From a virus (taxonomy: Duplodnaviria > Caudoviricetes), in IMG/VR virus record IMGVR_UViG_3300020044_005907, positions 1 to 29,877 of that record: a DNA stretch of 29,877 nt; one strand, written 5' to 3'. The first letter of the stretch is position 1. The number at the start of each line of letters is the position of its first letter. This document shows, piece by piece, positions 15,636-25,900 of the stretch. Under the pieces are notes generated by a model. It did no database searches and was not told the DNA's origin. It was given only the letters and a program-made list of their open reading frames with translations. The translations under genes and the position numbers were made by a program.

Positions 15636-16781
15636 CTATTCGTTAAGCTTAAGATCTCTGCCTGTATTTCTTTTAAATATTTGTTTTACGGCTTCTTTTG
15701 ATTTGCCTTGGCTGATTGCGTTTTTTGCAAGTTCTGTTTCCCTTTCAACGTCTTGTTCTTTTTTTAACAAAAACATTTGAGCCATTGTTTGTTGGCCGCG
15801 AATAACTTTTGCATCAGCAGTGTCGTCTATTCTTATGCGTTTTTGTAGCGTATTATCTGCGCTTAAAAAATCAGACTGAGCGTATCCAAGAGCTTGAGTG
15901 GCATATTTTGGGCTTGATTGAGCAGCAAGCGTGTTAAATGCGTCGTTTGTCTGATTCAACAAAATGTCGTGTAATTGCTGAAGTTTTGACTGAAAGGCTC
16001 TTATATTTCCTTTTGTTACATCAGCGTTTGCCCTTAGTAGATTGCCTACAGTAAAATATGTTTCAGGAAGTTGCCCTCCAACTAACCTGCTAACTTCTTG
16101 GCTAGACAAAGCATCAGAGCTTCCAGCAAGGGCAGTATTATATAGCTTTAGCTGAGACAAAAGCGTTGGAGATATTCTTTGCGCCCAATCTTTTTCGCTT
16201 TCTCCGGGAAGCATGGTGTTTTCATCTGCTTGGCTTGCGTAAGTAGAAAGGCCAGAAATCCAAATGTTTCGCTTTTGAACTAATGGGGAAATTTCTTTTC
16301 TAAGCTCGTCAACGCGAGGGTTTGCCTTGTCAAAGTCGTCTATTTTAGGAACCGTTTGATCGTTGAGCGTTTCGTAAAACTCTCTATTTGCTTTTACCGC
16401 AGCCTCTGGGAGACGCAGCGCATCTTGTGCAAGCCGCTCAGTGTACCGAATTTTGTTTTCTATCCTTTTTTTGTCTGATTCTTCCTTTTTCCTAGTCCAT
16501 GCAGTTTCAGGAAACAGCACTTCATCTCCCTGTGGTTGCATTTGCACGCCTAATCCAGCTTGTTGCTGTGCGGCAACTTGCGGGGGGACAGCAGCAGGAG
16601 GCTGTCCATACGAAGAAAGCGTTTGTGTCTGAGGAGCCTGTTGTGAAGCAGCCTGCGGTGGCGGAGCTTGCTGTGCAGCCATAGCAGCGCGAAGCAATTC
16701 AGGATCAATTTGCGGAGCTTGCCCAAGCGAGACTGGAGCAGCTTGCTTGTAATAATCTAGTACAGCTTGATCTTCTTCCAT
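15636..16781 (-). CDS. Putative internal virion/ejection protein
   Basis: 381 aa, Q/P/A-rich N-terminus, located among the ejection genes. Confidence 0.55.
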   Translation of the reverse strand: MEEDQAVLDYYKQAAPVSLGQAPQIDPELLRAAMAAQQAPPPQAASQQAPQTQTLSSYGQPPAAVPPQVAAQQQAGLGVQMQPQGDEVLFPETAWTRKKEESDKKRIENKIRYTERLAQDALRLPEAAVKANREFYETLNDQTVPKIDDFDKANPRVDELRKEISPLVQKRNIWISGLSTYASQADENTMLPGESEKDWAQRISPTLLSQLKLYNTALAGSSDALSSQEVSRLVGGQLPETYFTVGNLLRANADVTKGNIRAFQSKLQQLHDILLNQTNDAFNTLAAQSSPKYATQALGYAQSDFLSADNTLQKRIRIDDTADAKVIRGQQTMAQMFLLKKEQDVERETELAKNAISQGKSKEAVKQIFKRNTGRDLKLNE

Positions 16782-16783
16782 AA

Positions 16784-17731
16784 TTATGGCTTAACTAAAC
16801 TTGGATCTACGCCGCCAGTTGCTGCTTGCGCAGCATAAGCCGCTTTTGCCCTTTCTTGTTCCCAAATGCTGTTATAAGCACGTTGCGAAATTGCGCCCTG
16901 CAACTGCATTTGTTGATTAAAATCCATAGCATTAGTAGCCTGCTTAGACAACAATGGAAGTGCTGTTTGGTAGTATGCTGCCTTATCTACGTTGCCAAGC
17001 GTGTTGGCGTAATTCATAACAGCATCAGCCTGTTGTTGATTTACAGCGGAACCAAATACGGCAGATCTTGCAGCAGGATCTTTTAGCAATCCTTCCATTG
17101 TGCGGCTTGTCTTATTGGCTGTTTGAGCCTCCTGCATGTACGAACCAAGTGCCCCTGCAAAAGCTTGCCCTAATTCTGTTCCACCGCCACCTCCGCCACC
17201 TCCGTATCCACCTCCATACCCACCGCCACCACCATCATCTGCCATTGTGTTCATTAGCATGGTTGGCACCATTTTACCTAGAATTGCTCCAGTAGTACTC
17301 AAGCCCCCTGCTAGTCCGCCAACTTTTGCTCCAACAGAAGCTCCGCCGCCAAGTGCGCTTAATGCCCCAGATCCAAACGTAGACAACCCAGACATAAATC
17401 CGCCAGTTGCCGCGCCAGCCCCTGCTGCTCCGGCTGCACCTGCGGCCCCTGCGGCCCCTGCTGATCCGGCTGCACCGGCTGCACCGGCTGCACCAGCGCC
17501 AACGGCTGCTGGAGCCAACATTGCAGCAGCCCCGCCAGTTAATGCGGCTGCACCAATAATAGCGGCCGTTTTTAGAAGGTTGCCTTTTTTCTTTTTTTTA
17601 GCCCTTCTTCTTGCTTCAGCTGCTGCCTCTGCGCGCCCTTGTGCAAACCCAAGCCTTCCGTAAGCGTCAGTAATTTGATCTGCCGCGCCTTGGGGAAATA
17701 AATTTGTTGATCCAGATGTTATTCCTTGCAT
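16784..17731 (-). CDS. Putative DNA pilot/ejection protein
   Basis: A basic run (RRRAKKKKKG) precedes a hydrophobic G/A stretch, (GAA)n repeats and poly-Gly. Confidence 0.6.
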   Translation of the reverse strand: MQGITSGSTNLFPQGAADQITDAYGRLGFAQGRAEAAAEARRRAKKKKKGNLLKTAAIIGAAALTGGAAAMLAPAAVGAGAAGAAGAAGSAGAAGAAGAAGAAGAGAATGGFMSGLSTFGSGALSALGGGASVGAKVGGLAGGLSTTGAILGKMVPTMLMNTMADDGGGGGYGGGYGGGGGGGGTELGQAFAGALGSYMQEAQTANKTSRTMEGLLKDPAARSAVFGSAVNQQQADAVMNYANTLGNVDKAAYYQTALPLLSKQATNAMDFNQQMQLQGAISQRAYNSIWEQERAKAAYAAQAATGGVDPSLVKP

Positions 17732-17752
17732 AGTTAATGTTGGTTAAATTTA

Positions 17753-20020
17753 TTATCTGCCTTGAGCGTAACCAGCTGCAAAGTTCAGCCTAGACGCTGT
17801 GTTGCTAAATGCTGTTTGATAGGGCAGCTGCGTCATAGACGTAATTGCTGGATTCATGATGTTACCAACATTTATGCCAGCTTGCGAGTATTGATTTTGA
17901 GCCTGATTTACACTGGTTTGCAATGTGCCCTGACTTGGTGGAACATTATAATACGCACTTAAAACAGGAGACAATGCTTGTTGTTGCGTTCCAAGTACAG
18001 AACTGGCAATTCCAGCGGCATTTGATTGCAGTGTGTTTGCAGACTGTATTCGAGCCGATTCAGCTTCGCCTCTAGCCAACGACTGGCTAAATAGCTGCGA
18101 CTGAATTGCGGCTTGTTGCTGCTCTCTGGTGGAGGCCTGTCCAAATTGCTGAGCCTGTGTGCTTAGTCCAAGTTGTTCTTTGCCTGAAGCCTGCTGGTAT
18201 TTTTGAGACTGAATTGCAGCCTGCTGCTGTTCTCTTGTAGCAGCTTGTCCAAATTGCTGGCCTTGAGTTGTTAGCCCTAATTGCTCCCTGCCTAGCGCCT
18301 GCTGGTATTGTTGAGATTGCGCTCCTAGCCCAAGTTGCTCAAGGCCAAACCTCTGTTGGTATTCTTGCGCTTGCGCTGTTCTTGCCAAATCCTCCCTAGA
18401 CATCCCTTGCCCAAAAGCTTGAGCCTGCGCTCCAAGTCCATATTGCTCCGCTCCAACTTGACGAGCATAAGCTTGCCCTAACGCTGGCTGATACAAGCCG
18501 GAAATTGTTCCCATGGCCTGCTGTGCGGCAGCTTGACGCTCGCGATATCTTCGTTCAGCAAGCTCTTCACGCCCCAGCACTTCCGATGTGATCGCCTGTG
18601 GTCCAAGTGCTATACCCCTGTCAGCATAAGCCTGCCGAGCAGCCTGAGTTGCCATTCTTTCTTGCTCTGGAGTTAACGATCTTCCCGCAGCTAAATCTAA
18701 GTTGATTTGTTGTCCAAGTCGTTGCGCCCCCTCAGTAACTCCAGGCATTGTGCTCATATATTGATCCACAATTCGTTGGTCAATATTTCCAAGCTTGGAC
18801 TGTAATTCCGGCCCTGCAATATCTGAAGTGAACTCTCCCGGCCTATATGCTTGCATCCCTCCAAGCGTTAAGTCAACAGATGGCCCTGCTACTTGATTTA
18901 AGTACTGGCCCGTAACTGGCCCTTGTACCTGACCAAGTTCTTGCCCATACATTGGACCCTCTACTGCATTTAACAGCTTTCCAGCTTCTGGCCTTGCTAC
19001 AGATCCAAGCTCTTGACCGTAAGTTGGACCTTCCACCTGCTGCTCAAACGCAGTTAACTCAGGACGTGCATTGGCCTGTTGCGCCATTTGCTGCCCAAGT
19101 TTCGAAAGAGACGATAATGTCTCCTTTGCTCCCGGAAGCTGCTTTAAATATTCAGCATTATACTGAGGAAGAAGACTTTTAAATTGAGCGGCTTTCCCCT
19201 TTTGCGTTTGTAAATTAAACTCTGCGTCCCCATAAGCAGCCAGCTCTGCGGCAGACATGCCCTCAAACTGCGAGTCAAATTCGGCTACCTTTGCCTTTTC
19301 CGCTGCTGTTAATAGTTTTTTTGCTCTAAGAGCCGCAATTTCAGGAGTATCTAAAGTAGACTGTATGTTTTTTAATGCCTGCTCTCGCTGGGATTTTCCT
19401 GTAATTTCCGCTAATTGAGGAGCATAAGTCTTTTCTAGCTCATAGCTTTTTTCAATAACTGCTTGAGCAGCCCTTGCATTTTGATCTGTAAGTGTTTCTG
19501 TGCTTGGAGGATTAACTGTAGCAACTTTATCGGAAACTGCTTGGAAATTACGAAATCCTCCGGGTAGATTTTCAAATCCTTTTGCGCCTAAATTTGAAAT
19601 ACCAGCCGCAGCAGCAGCCGCATTAATTGAATCGTTATATGTTATTTTATTGGCAGCTTCAAATTTAGCCGCATTTGCAACCCCAAGTGGACTATATGTG
19701 GCTAAATCTTTTTTTATTGCAGCAAGCTCATCTTTTGCTGTAAAAAAAGAATCTCCAAACTCTTTAATTCCTGCTGCATCTCTTCTTAATTCAGAAGGAA
19801 GCGATAGAGTAAATAACTCTGGATCAAGATCTGTTTCCCCAGTTAACTGAGCCGGAGTAGCCGCCGCGCCTTTAGTCCATTGTTTTTTGGATGCATCCCA
19901 ATTATAAATATATTGAATTGGATCTCCGTTTTTATCAACAGGAACTACAAAAGTTTTAGGATCTACAAATGTATCAATTGTTTGTTGACCTTGAACAAGT
20001 CCTGGAGTGGTTATTGGCAT
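17753..20020 (-). CDS. Gln/Ala-rich putative internal virion protein with internal repeats
   Basis: 755 aa. EQLGL...QQFGQA.TREQQQAAIQSQ and VEGP.YGQELG are each repeated. Confidence 0.6.
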   Translation of the reverse strand: MPITTPGLVQGQQTIDTFVDPKTFVVPVDKNGDPIQYIYNWDASKKQWTKGAAATPAQLTGETDLDPELFTLSLPSELRRDAAGIKEFGDSFFTAKDELAAIKKDLATYSPLGVANAAKFEAANKITYNDSINAAAAAAGISNLGAKGFENLPGGFRNFQAVSDKVATVNPPSTETLTDQNARAAQAVIEKSYELEKTYAPQLAEITGKSQREQALKNIQSTLDTPEIAALRAKKLLTAAEKAKVAEFDSQFEGMSAAELAAYGDAEFNLQTQKGKAAQFKSLLPQYNAEYLKQLPGAKETLSSLSKLGQQMAQQANARPELTAFEQQVEGPTYGQELGSVARPEAGKLLNAVEGPMYGQELGQVQGPVTGQYLNQVAGPSVDLTLGGMQAYRPGEFTSDIAGPELQSKLGNIDQRIVDQYMSTMPGVTEGAQRLGQQINLDLAAGRSLTPEQERMATQAARQAYADRGIALGPQAITSEVLGREELAERRYRERQAAAQQAMGTISGLYQPALGQAYARQVGAEQYGLGAQAQAFGQGMSREDLARTAQAQEYQQRFGLEQLGLGAQSQQYQQALGREQLGLTTQGQQFGQAATREQQQAAIQSQKYQQASGKEQLGLSTQAQQFGQASTREQQQAAIQSQLFSQSLARGEAESARIQSANTLQSNAAGIASSVLGTQQQALSPVLSAYYNVPPSQGTLQTSVNQAQNQYSQAGINVGNIMNPAITSMTQLPYQTAFSNTASRLNFAAGYAQGR

Positions 20021-20078
20021 ACGTTTAAGTTGGTTAATAGCCCATTAATTTATGGGCAATATTATGTATCAATAAAAG

Positions 20079-20927
20079 TTAAGAAGTGAACGTAATAGTT
20101 CCAGATGTGGTGAATGTGTGAACTGTAAACGAGCCAACGGTGGTTGTGGTATTTCCTGTGCCAGTGATTGTAGCGCGACTAGGAGAAGTATACCAAATCT
20201 TTACGATTCCAGATCCGCCTGCTCCTGAAAGGTCATCAGGTCCATTATATCCACCGCCACCACCTCCGCCTGTATTTACTGCGCCAGATCCTGCAACTGT
20301 GTTTGACGACCTTGCCCCAGCTCCGCCACCTCCAGTTCCTCCAGCTCCTCCGGTAGTGTAATCAATAATTGATCCTCCTCCGCCTCCAGATACTACTTGA
20401 TTAACTCCAGCAACAGTTACAGTTCTGCCTGCGCCTCCAGCGCCTCCTGCTGTTGGTGTTGCATTTGCTCCCACTGCTCCACCTCCGCCGCCTCCGGCAT
20501 TGCCATTACTTGGGACCGCAGATCCATTCCCCCCGTTGTTTCCCTGTGATGGAGTTAATGAAGGAACATTTCCAAGACCGCCAGTTATAGCCTCTCTAGT
20601 TCCTCCGCCTCCACTTCCTCCAGATAAAGCAGGTCCATAAATCTGCGTTCCGCCTCCGCCTCCGCCGTTTGTTATAATTCCAAAAAAAGAAGAATCTGTT
20701 CCACTAGATGGCGCCGCGTCAAAAAAACTTTTACCAATTCCCCCTGCACCAATGATTACATTTAGCTGAAAAAGGGTTGTAACAGTAAAGTTGCTTTCCA
20801 CAAACACGCCTCCTCCGCCGCCTCCGCCTCCATCATAGCCTCCAGCGCCTCCGCCAGCAACAACCATTGCATTTATTGCGGCAGTCTGGATCTGATTTGA
20901 AGTAACAAATAACGACTTAGCAAACAT
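20079..20927 (-). CDS. Glycine-rich domain tail/adsorption protein
   Basis: VVAGGGAGG...GGGGGGG, ANTGGGGGG-like AVNTGGGGGG, GGSGIVKIWY, VHTFTTSGTITF. Confidence 0.8.
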   Translation of the reverse strand: MFAKSLFVTSNQIQTAAINAMVVAGGGAGGYDGGGGGGGGVFVESNFTVTTLFQLNVIIGAGGIGKSFFDAAPSSGTDSSFFGIITNGGGGGGTQIYGPALSGGSGGGGTREAITGGLGNVPSLTPSQGNNGGNGSAVPSNGNAGGGGGGAVGANATPTAGGAGGAGRTVTVAGVNQVVSGGGGGSIIDYTTGGAGGTGGGGAGARSSNTVAGSGAVNTGGGGGGGYNGPDDLSGAGGSGIVKIWYTSPSRATITGTGNTTTTVGSFTVHTFTTSGTITFTS

Positions 20928-22027
20928 TAGTATATGTAATTTCTAATAAAATTTCCATACCACTTAACGCCATCAGAAACAAAAGAAAGTATATCCATTC
21001 TGCCTGCGGTCGCAGTCACAATTGGCGCTGCTGCGTTTGGCCAAACAACCCCTGTAAACGTGGCTGTTCCGTTTCCTGTTACTGCCGCCTGCTTAAGGTA
21101 CAACACAAACGACTTTCCTGCTCCAACAGCAGGCATTGTAAAAGTACATGCCGTACTAGCTGTAAGTGTGGCAGTCAAAACCGTTCCAGCGGTAATTGCT
21201 AGTGTTGCAGATGCCCCAACTGTGCCAACTGCTACTGTCCCTTCTGTGTATCCATTAATTGTGGAAGTTGCAATTGTCGGAGAAGAAGCAAGCACTACTG
21301 CGCCTGTGCCTGTTATTGCGCTTAGTTGAGATGAAGTGATTCCAGCCGCAACTTGGCCAGCAGAAATGCCAGTAATCTGTGCGGATGTGATTCCTACTCC
21401 AACTTGGGCGGCAGATAGGCCTGTGATTTGTGCGGACGTAAGCCCTGCTCCAACTCGAGCGGCAGTAAGCGTTCCTGTGATGATGTTGCTGGCATTTGTC
21501 GTATCAGTTATAGCTGATGCAGCAAGTCCAGTAACTTGAGCGGCAGTAAGCGAGTTGATCTGCGCAGAAGTAATCCCGGGAAGTATCTTTACAGGATCTA
21601 TGGTCGAAGCTGTAGACAACGGAATGTATCCAAGCGCAGTTGTTACATTTAACGACGACAACACAGAAAGATTTGCGCTGGTTATCTCAGATCGAATAGT
21701 TGCAGACGACTTGTTTTCTACGTTGTTAAGACCAAGGTTTGTTTTTGCTGTCGTTGCGTTTGCAAGATCAGACAAGTTGTCCGCCTTTGCCAGCAAAGTT
21801 GACGGATTAATTCCACCAAGTGCCTGAAGCACAGTTGCCTTCTTAAGCAGCCCAGCAGACAACACAGAAATCTGAAGCGAGCTTGGATCTACGTTTGCAG
21901 CAAGGTCAACTTGATCTGAAATAGACCCGGGCAATAGCGTAGCACCATCTACATGCGTGTTTAAGTTCGCAATAGTTACCGTAGAATTTGTAGTTGTATA
22001 CGTTGTGCCTTTGTTGATCTGGGCCAT
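20927..22027 (-). CDS. Tail fibre-like protein
   Basis: ADNLSDLANATTAKTNLGL fibre motif, TSAQI repeats and a C-terminal beta domain ending DILSFVSDGVKWYG. Confidence 0.75.
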   Translation of the reverse strand: MAQINKGTTYTTTNSTVTIANLNTHVDGATLLPGSISDQVDLAANVDPSSLQISVLSAGLLKKATVLQALGGINPSTLLAKADNLSDLANATTAKTNLGLNNVENKSSATIRSEITSANLSVLSSLNVTTALGYIPLSTASTIDPVKILPGITSAQINSLTAAQVTGLAASAITDTTNASNIITGTLTAARVGAGLTSAQITGLSAAQVGVGITSAQITGISAGQVAAGITSSQLSAITGTGAVVLASSPTIATSTINGYTEGTVAVGTVGASATLAITAGTVLTATLTASTACTFTMPAVGAGKSFVLYLKQAAVTGNGTATFTGVVWPNAAAPIVTATAGRMDILSFVSDGVKWYGNFIRNYIY

Positions 22028-22029
22028 AA

Positions 22030-23937
22030 TTACTCCTGACTAACCATTGGGCGATTTGCGCCAATGCAATAAATTGTTACACCTTTTAACGCTGGTCTAC
22101 CAGAAGAAAACTGTATTGTGAAGTCAGCTCCAGATCCGCGCATTGCAATTCTAGGCCGTAAGGTTCCATCTGAGTTGCCAGAAAACTGATACCCAAGAAT
22201 CTCTTGAGTAGAATCTGGGTCGTGCATGGTGGCAGAAATGGTTACTGCATCTTGTTGCACGTTATTAAACTGAAACTCCCCTCGACTAAACCTTTTCTCA
22301 GACAGTGAGTTTATTGTAAACTCACGAGTGCGAACAAAAGAATTAATCTGATTTAACAGCCCTCCAGAATTAAGATCCGCAGGCAATGCAAATGGCAAAA
22401 CAACCCCAGCCGCACCATTGATGTAAAAATCACCACCTTCAATTTCTTCAGTCAAAAAGACTCCGCCAAACTGAAGTGCTCCAGTAAAGTTGGTTAGAAT
22501 GTACATTCTTTTTTGGTACTCATACGAAGCAACAACAAGATTGTCTGCATTCAAGCCGTCTGGATAAACATCTATACTTTCCCAGTTTTTGTTTAAGTTG
22601 TTGTAAATTACAATCCTATTGTTTCTTGCAGTTGGGTTTGCCGGGTCTTCGATAGGAAGCGCCACAAAGAACCTGTTGTCGTAGTAAGCGGCTACAGAGT
22701 TCCCAACAATTGAATAGTTAAGACCAGTAAAAAAGTCTGATATTGACTCAGATAAAGGCATTGTGTTTCCAATTACCTTAAGGTCTAACTGTGGTGTAAG
22801 AAGGTAAATGCCTTTTGTAGACAAGAACATGACGTACTGACCGGCGTTTACAATTGTCTTTCTAGCCAAACACCCAAGCTCTGTGGTTACTACTGTAATT
22901 TGGCTTCTGTCTGGTTGCGTAACGTCAAACTGTGGATCAAGGAACGCCATGTATATGGAGTTGCGCATGAATACCAAAAATTGGTTTTCAATCCATGGCA
23001 AGCATCCAACAATAATGTCATTGCCGCCTTGGTTAATTAAAAACGCATTAAACTGAACGTCAGTCTGAAATGAAAGAATGTCACTTACAACCAATTGATG
23101 GTTTGTGTACTTTGCAACTATTCTGTTTTGGTAGTAAAACCCAAACTCAGCAGGCGGAAGAGACTTTGTAATGTAGGTCAACCCAGTGCCGCTACTTGGA
23201 TTAACATACGCTTGATTTGCTGCAATAAACTGCGTTGTTATAGAGTCCCAGATTAGTGGCGGCTTGCCCTTTACAGCCGTGCAAGGTCCATGATTGGTGT
23301 GCGCCTGAAAGGTGCTGCCAGTTGTGTTTGTCCATGCAAATGTAAATGTAGTTGGAGTTACAACTGTGATGATGTAGTTTCCATCTGTTGTTGACTCTAC
23401 ATTAAACAAGTTTTGTCTTACAGTTACTTCGTTACCAGTTGAGTACCCATGAGACACTGAGGTTGTAACTGTAATTGTGCCAGTTGCTCCATTGGAAATT
23501 GAGGAATTTGAAATGGTGGCAGCGTAAGCTGTGTCGCTATATTGCCCTCGAAAAATAACAATCTTGTCTAAAGCCTGAATTGGCTCAACAATGATGTCTG
23601 CTGTGACAAACCTTCCTGTTGGATAATTGTATGGCCCAAGAGTTGCCTCTGGATAGCCGATCTGTGCAGGCCGATATAGGTACATGCTGCCTGAAAAAAC
23701 CAGCACTATGTTATCGCGGCCAAGTGAGTCTATCCACACCCCAGACCCTACCATTGTAAATGGATTTAGATCACTGTTTGTAAGCCGCTGACAGCCCTTT
23801 CTAGGCTGTGCAACGCCTCTCTGTAACCTTACGTTCTGAGCAGCCTGAAGAATGCCTGGAGGCAAGTTTGCAGGGTCAAGCCTACTAGCAAAGCCAGTGT
23901 AACTGTTATCTGATTCAGCTTGTTGCTGTGAAGGCAT
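22030..23937 (-). CDS. Tail nozzle/head-stabilisation protein (P22 gp10-like beta-propeller)
   Basis: 635 aa, beta-rich. AQNVR...PRKG near the N-terminus, ELGCLARKTI, MFLSTKGIYLL, PLSESISDFF. Confidence 0.7.
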   Translation of the reverse strand: MPSQQQAESDNSYTGFASRLDPANLPPGILQAAQNVRLQRGVAQPRKGCQRLTNSDLNPFTMVGSGVWIDSLGRDNIVLVFSGSMYLYRPAQIGYPEATLGPYNYPTGRFVTADIIVEPIQALDKIVIFRGQYSDTAYAATISNSSISNGATGTITVTTSVSHGYSTGNEVTVRQNLFNVESTTDGNYIITVVTPTTFTFAWTNTTGSTFQAHTNHGPCTAVKGKPPLIWDSITTQFIAANQAYVNPSSGTGLTYITKSLPPAEFGFYYQNRIVAKYTNHQLVVSDILSFQTDVQFNAFLINQGGNDIIVGCLPWIENQFLVFMRNSIYMAFLDPQFDVTQPDRSQITVVTTELGCLARKTIVNAGQYVMFLSTKGIYLLTPQLDLKVIGNTMPLSESISDFFTGLNYSIVGNSVAAYYDNRFFVALPIEDPANPTARNNRIVIYNNLNKNWESIDVYPDGLNADNLVVASYEYQKRMYILTNFTGALQFGGVFLTEEIEGGDFYINGAAGVVLPFALPADLNSGGLLNQINSFVRTREFTINSLSEKRFSRGEFQFNNVQQDAVTISATMHDPDSTQEILGYQFSGNSDGTLRPRIAMRGSGADFTIQFSSGRPALKGVTIYCIGANRPMVSQE

Positions 23938-24194
23938 TAAGAAATAAGCTTACTAAGCTTGTCTACAATCCGCTGAAGGTCATCACGAAGTTCAATCATG
24001 CGCTCATTGTCTTCTCCGCCTTCTTCTTCTGAGTATTCTCCCTCTTCCATGTCTTCTTCTTCGCCATACCCACACTCAGAGCAGCAGCCGTCGGATTCAA
24101 GTGGAGATTCGCACTCAGGACAAGACTTTCCTTTCTTTCCGCCCATAGGGCTTCCAAGAATCATCAATAAGGTTTTAGCGTCGGTTTTAGGCAT
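23937..24194 (-). CDS. Small acidic Zn-ribbon protein
   Basis: CPEC...CSECG followed by a Glu-rich tract. Likely start ATG 24194. Confidence 0.65.
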   Translation of the reverse strand: MPKTDAKTLLMILGSPMGGKKGKSCPECESPLESDGCCSECGYGEEEDMEEGEYSEEEGGEDNERMIELRDDLQRIVDKLSKLIS

Positions 24195-24786
24195 ATGCTT
24201 GTTCAAACAGTGCGGCTTCTGCATCTCTGCGTTTCCGTAGCCCAGCCGTTTCAGGCCACAGACGTTTCATTTTTCGAAGTAGTTCAGGTATATCAGAGTA
24301 TTCCTTGTTTATCAAACACGCTTTAATGTCTGACATCTCAATTCTGCGCTCACCATTAAGTGATCCTCCACGGTTGAAGATAAGGCTTAAAAGCGCAGAA
24401 GCAGCATCTGGATGCAGACTCTCAGCTTGCGGATACGTTCGAAGCATCATCAGATAGAACCGAGGTACTGTATGTTTATTGAATACCTCAACAGCAGCAT
24501 CCCAAGGAATTTCGATATCTTTGACAGTTGGCAGAAACGCCATAGCTGCACGCCCCTTAAGGCCACAGCATGTCTTTAGCGGCTCAATAGCTTCCTCATC
24601 AAGCAATGCACCCCAATCGCTACAGAGCTGACTAACAGTGTTGTAGCCGCAATCCCAGCCAACGCCAATAGTGACCCCCGACTCAACTCCGGGCCATGAG
24701 GGATGTTTAAGGTTTTTCTCATAATATGCACGTCCACCAGTCTCCTGATTAACGATAAACTCTAGTCCTTTCTCTGAAAGGTTCAT
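24187..24786 (-). CDS. Endolysin, lysozyme-fold muramidase
   Basis: Candidate catalytic Glu in NQETGG, SGVTIGVGWDCG, ALLSLIFNRG, GLRKRRDAEAALF. Start ATG 24786 is ATGA-coupled. Confidence 0.88.
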   Translation of the reverse strand: MNLSEKGLEFIVNQETGGRAYYEKNLKHPSWPGVESGVTIGVGWDCGYNTVSQLCSDWGALLDEEAIEPLKTCCGLKGRAAMAFLPTVKDIEIPWDAAVEVFNKHTVPRFYLMMLRTYPQAESLHPDAASALLSLIFNRGGSLNGERRIEMSDIKACLINKEYSDIPELLRKMKRLWPETAGLRKRRDAEAALFEQAYA

Positions 24787-24959
24787 TTCCATAAGATCTT
24801 GTACAGCTTAGTAGTTGTGTAAATAATAGCCAGCACGCCACTAACAATGCGGATTGTCTGCTCTACTTCAGACAACGACAACGCAATTGCAGCTACGTTT
24901 ACGCCTAAAACTGATCCAATCTCCTTAAGGTCGTCGAACATTTCGCTTGGGCTTTCCAT
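24783..24959 (-). CDS. 58-aa membrane protein, holin candidate (not in the ORF track)
   Basis: MESPSEMFDDLKEIGSVLGVNVAAIALSLSEVEQTIRIVSGVLAIIYTTTKLYKILWK*. Fills the gap before the endolysin. Confidence 0.7.
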   Translation of the reverse strand: MESPSEMFDDLKEIGSVLGVNVAAIALSLSEVEQTIRIVSGVLAIIYTTTKLYKILWK

Positions 24960-25281
24960 TGGATTTTGGAGTTAATGGTTTTTTTGGCGCAGGCTTAACT
25001 GGATCGGAAACTGTTGAAAACCAAGACAACCAAACGTAGTTGCAGGCTACCCCTAAGTTAAGAATAAACTCTGTGACTGGCGGTTCTTGATGTGCAAAAA
25101 TGTTAGCTACCGAGCCACAGATAGTCACCGCAGTTGCAATCTTACATAGGTGAGCTGCGTACTTGTGTCTGTAAATAGCACTGTCTTCGTGTCCGAATAT
25201 CTTCAGCCACAAATGAATTGCAGATACAGCAAGAACGCTATTTGCGAGTGCGTTTAGTAGGACTAATGGACTTAACGTCAT
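24925..25281 (-). CDS. Membrane protein (about 3 TM segments)
   Basis: Three hydrophobic segments and a basic tail, inside the lysis cassette. Confidence 0.7.
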   Translation of the reverse strand: MTLSPLVLLNALANSVLAVSAIHLWLKIFGHEDSAIYRHKYAAHLCKIATAVTICGSVANIFAHQEPPVTEFILNLGVACNYVWLSWFSTVSDPVKPAPKKPLTPKSNGKPKRNVRRP

Positions 25282-25555
25282 GGCTGGCTAAAAGTTTTTC
25301 AGACAAGTTTTCTACAGCTCGCAAACCACAGAACCCAAGAAGGAACCCGGCGGCATACCCATACTGAGGTTCACTGTCCAAGTGTGCAATCTTCAAGATG
25401 AGTGGAGTCACATAGTTTGCACTAGCAGCCCCGCCAATCAACGATGCAATGGTGCGTCCAATGTTCTGCCCAGCTTGCTTAGACGACATTAAGATCGCCC
25501 CGAACAAGCCAGCAACAGCAAGACCAATATCAATACCAGCATCTTTAAGGTTCAT
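25238..25555 (-). CDS. Putative holin
   Basis: Three hydrophobic segments (AVAGLFGAIL, LIGGAASANYVTPLIL, AAGFLLGFCGL) and a basic C-terminus. Confidence 0.65.
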   Translation of the reverse strand: MNLKDAGIDIGLAVAGLFGAILMSSKQAGQNIGRTIASLIGGAASANYVTPLILKIAHLDSEPQYGYAAGFLLGFCGLRAVENLSEKLLASHDVKSISPTKRTRK

Positions 25556-25806
25556 CTATGTTGTGCCTGCTTTGCGGCAGATACAGCATTCAATAGGTCA
25601 AGCTCAAGACGTTGGTATCGAGCATCTGAATGCCATTTCTGCGCCGTCTCGGCAGTGTACGTTTGACCGGCCTGAAGCTCAAGGATTTCCTTGCTGGGAG
25701 GATACAAGTATCTTGCTGGAACGCATGAATCTTTCGCGCAACCTGTCAGCCATAGCATCGTTGCTAGCGGCCCTAGCTGCCAATATTTGATTCTCGACGT
25801 CATCAC
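25552..25806 (-). CDS. Lipoprotein, putative o-spanin (Rz1-like)
   Basis: Signal peptide with lipobox LTG-C, partly nested in another frame of 25679-25900. Confidence 0.65.
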   Translation of the reverse strand: MMTSRIKYWQLGPLATMLWLTGCAKDSCVPARYLYPPSKEILELQAGQTYTAETAQKWHSDARYQRLELDLLNAVSAAKQAQHR

Positions 25807-25900
25807 AGTAATTGGCTATGTCACGCTCCAGCTCCCATGAGGCCCGTTTAGCCTTGATCTCCAACCACAGGCGTACTATTTGCAGCAGGCTTGGTATCAT
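25679..25900 (-). CDS. Putative i-spanin (Rz-like)
   Basis: Short helical protein overlapping the lipoprotein gene. The N-terminal anchor is weak. Confidence 0.45.
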   Translation of the reverse strand: MIPSLLQIVRLWLEIKAKRASWELERDIANYCDDVENQILAARAASNDAMADRLRERFMRSSKILVSSQQGNP

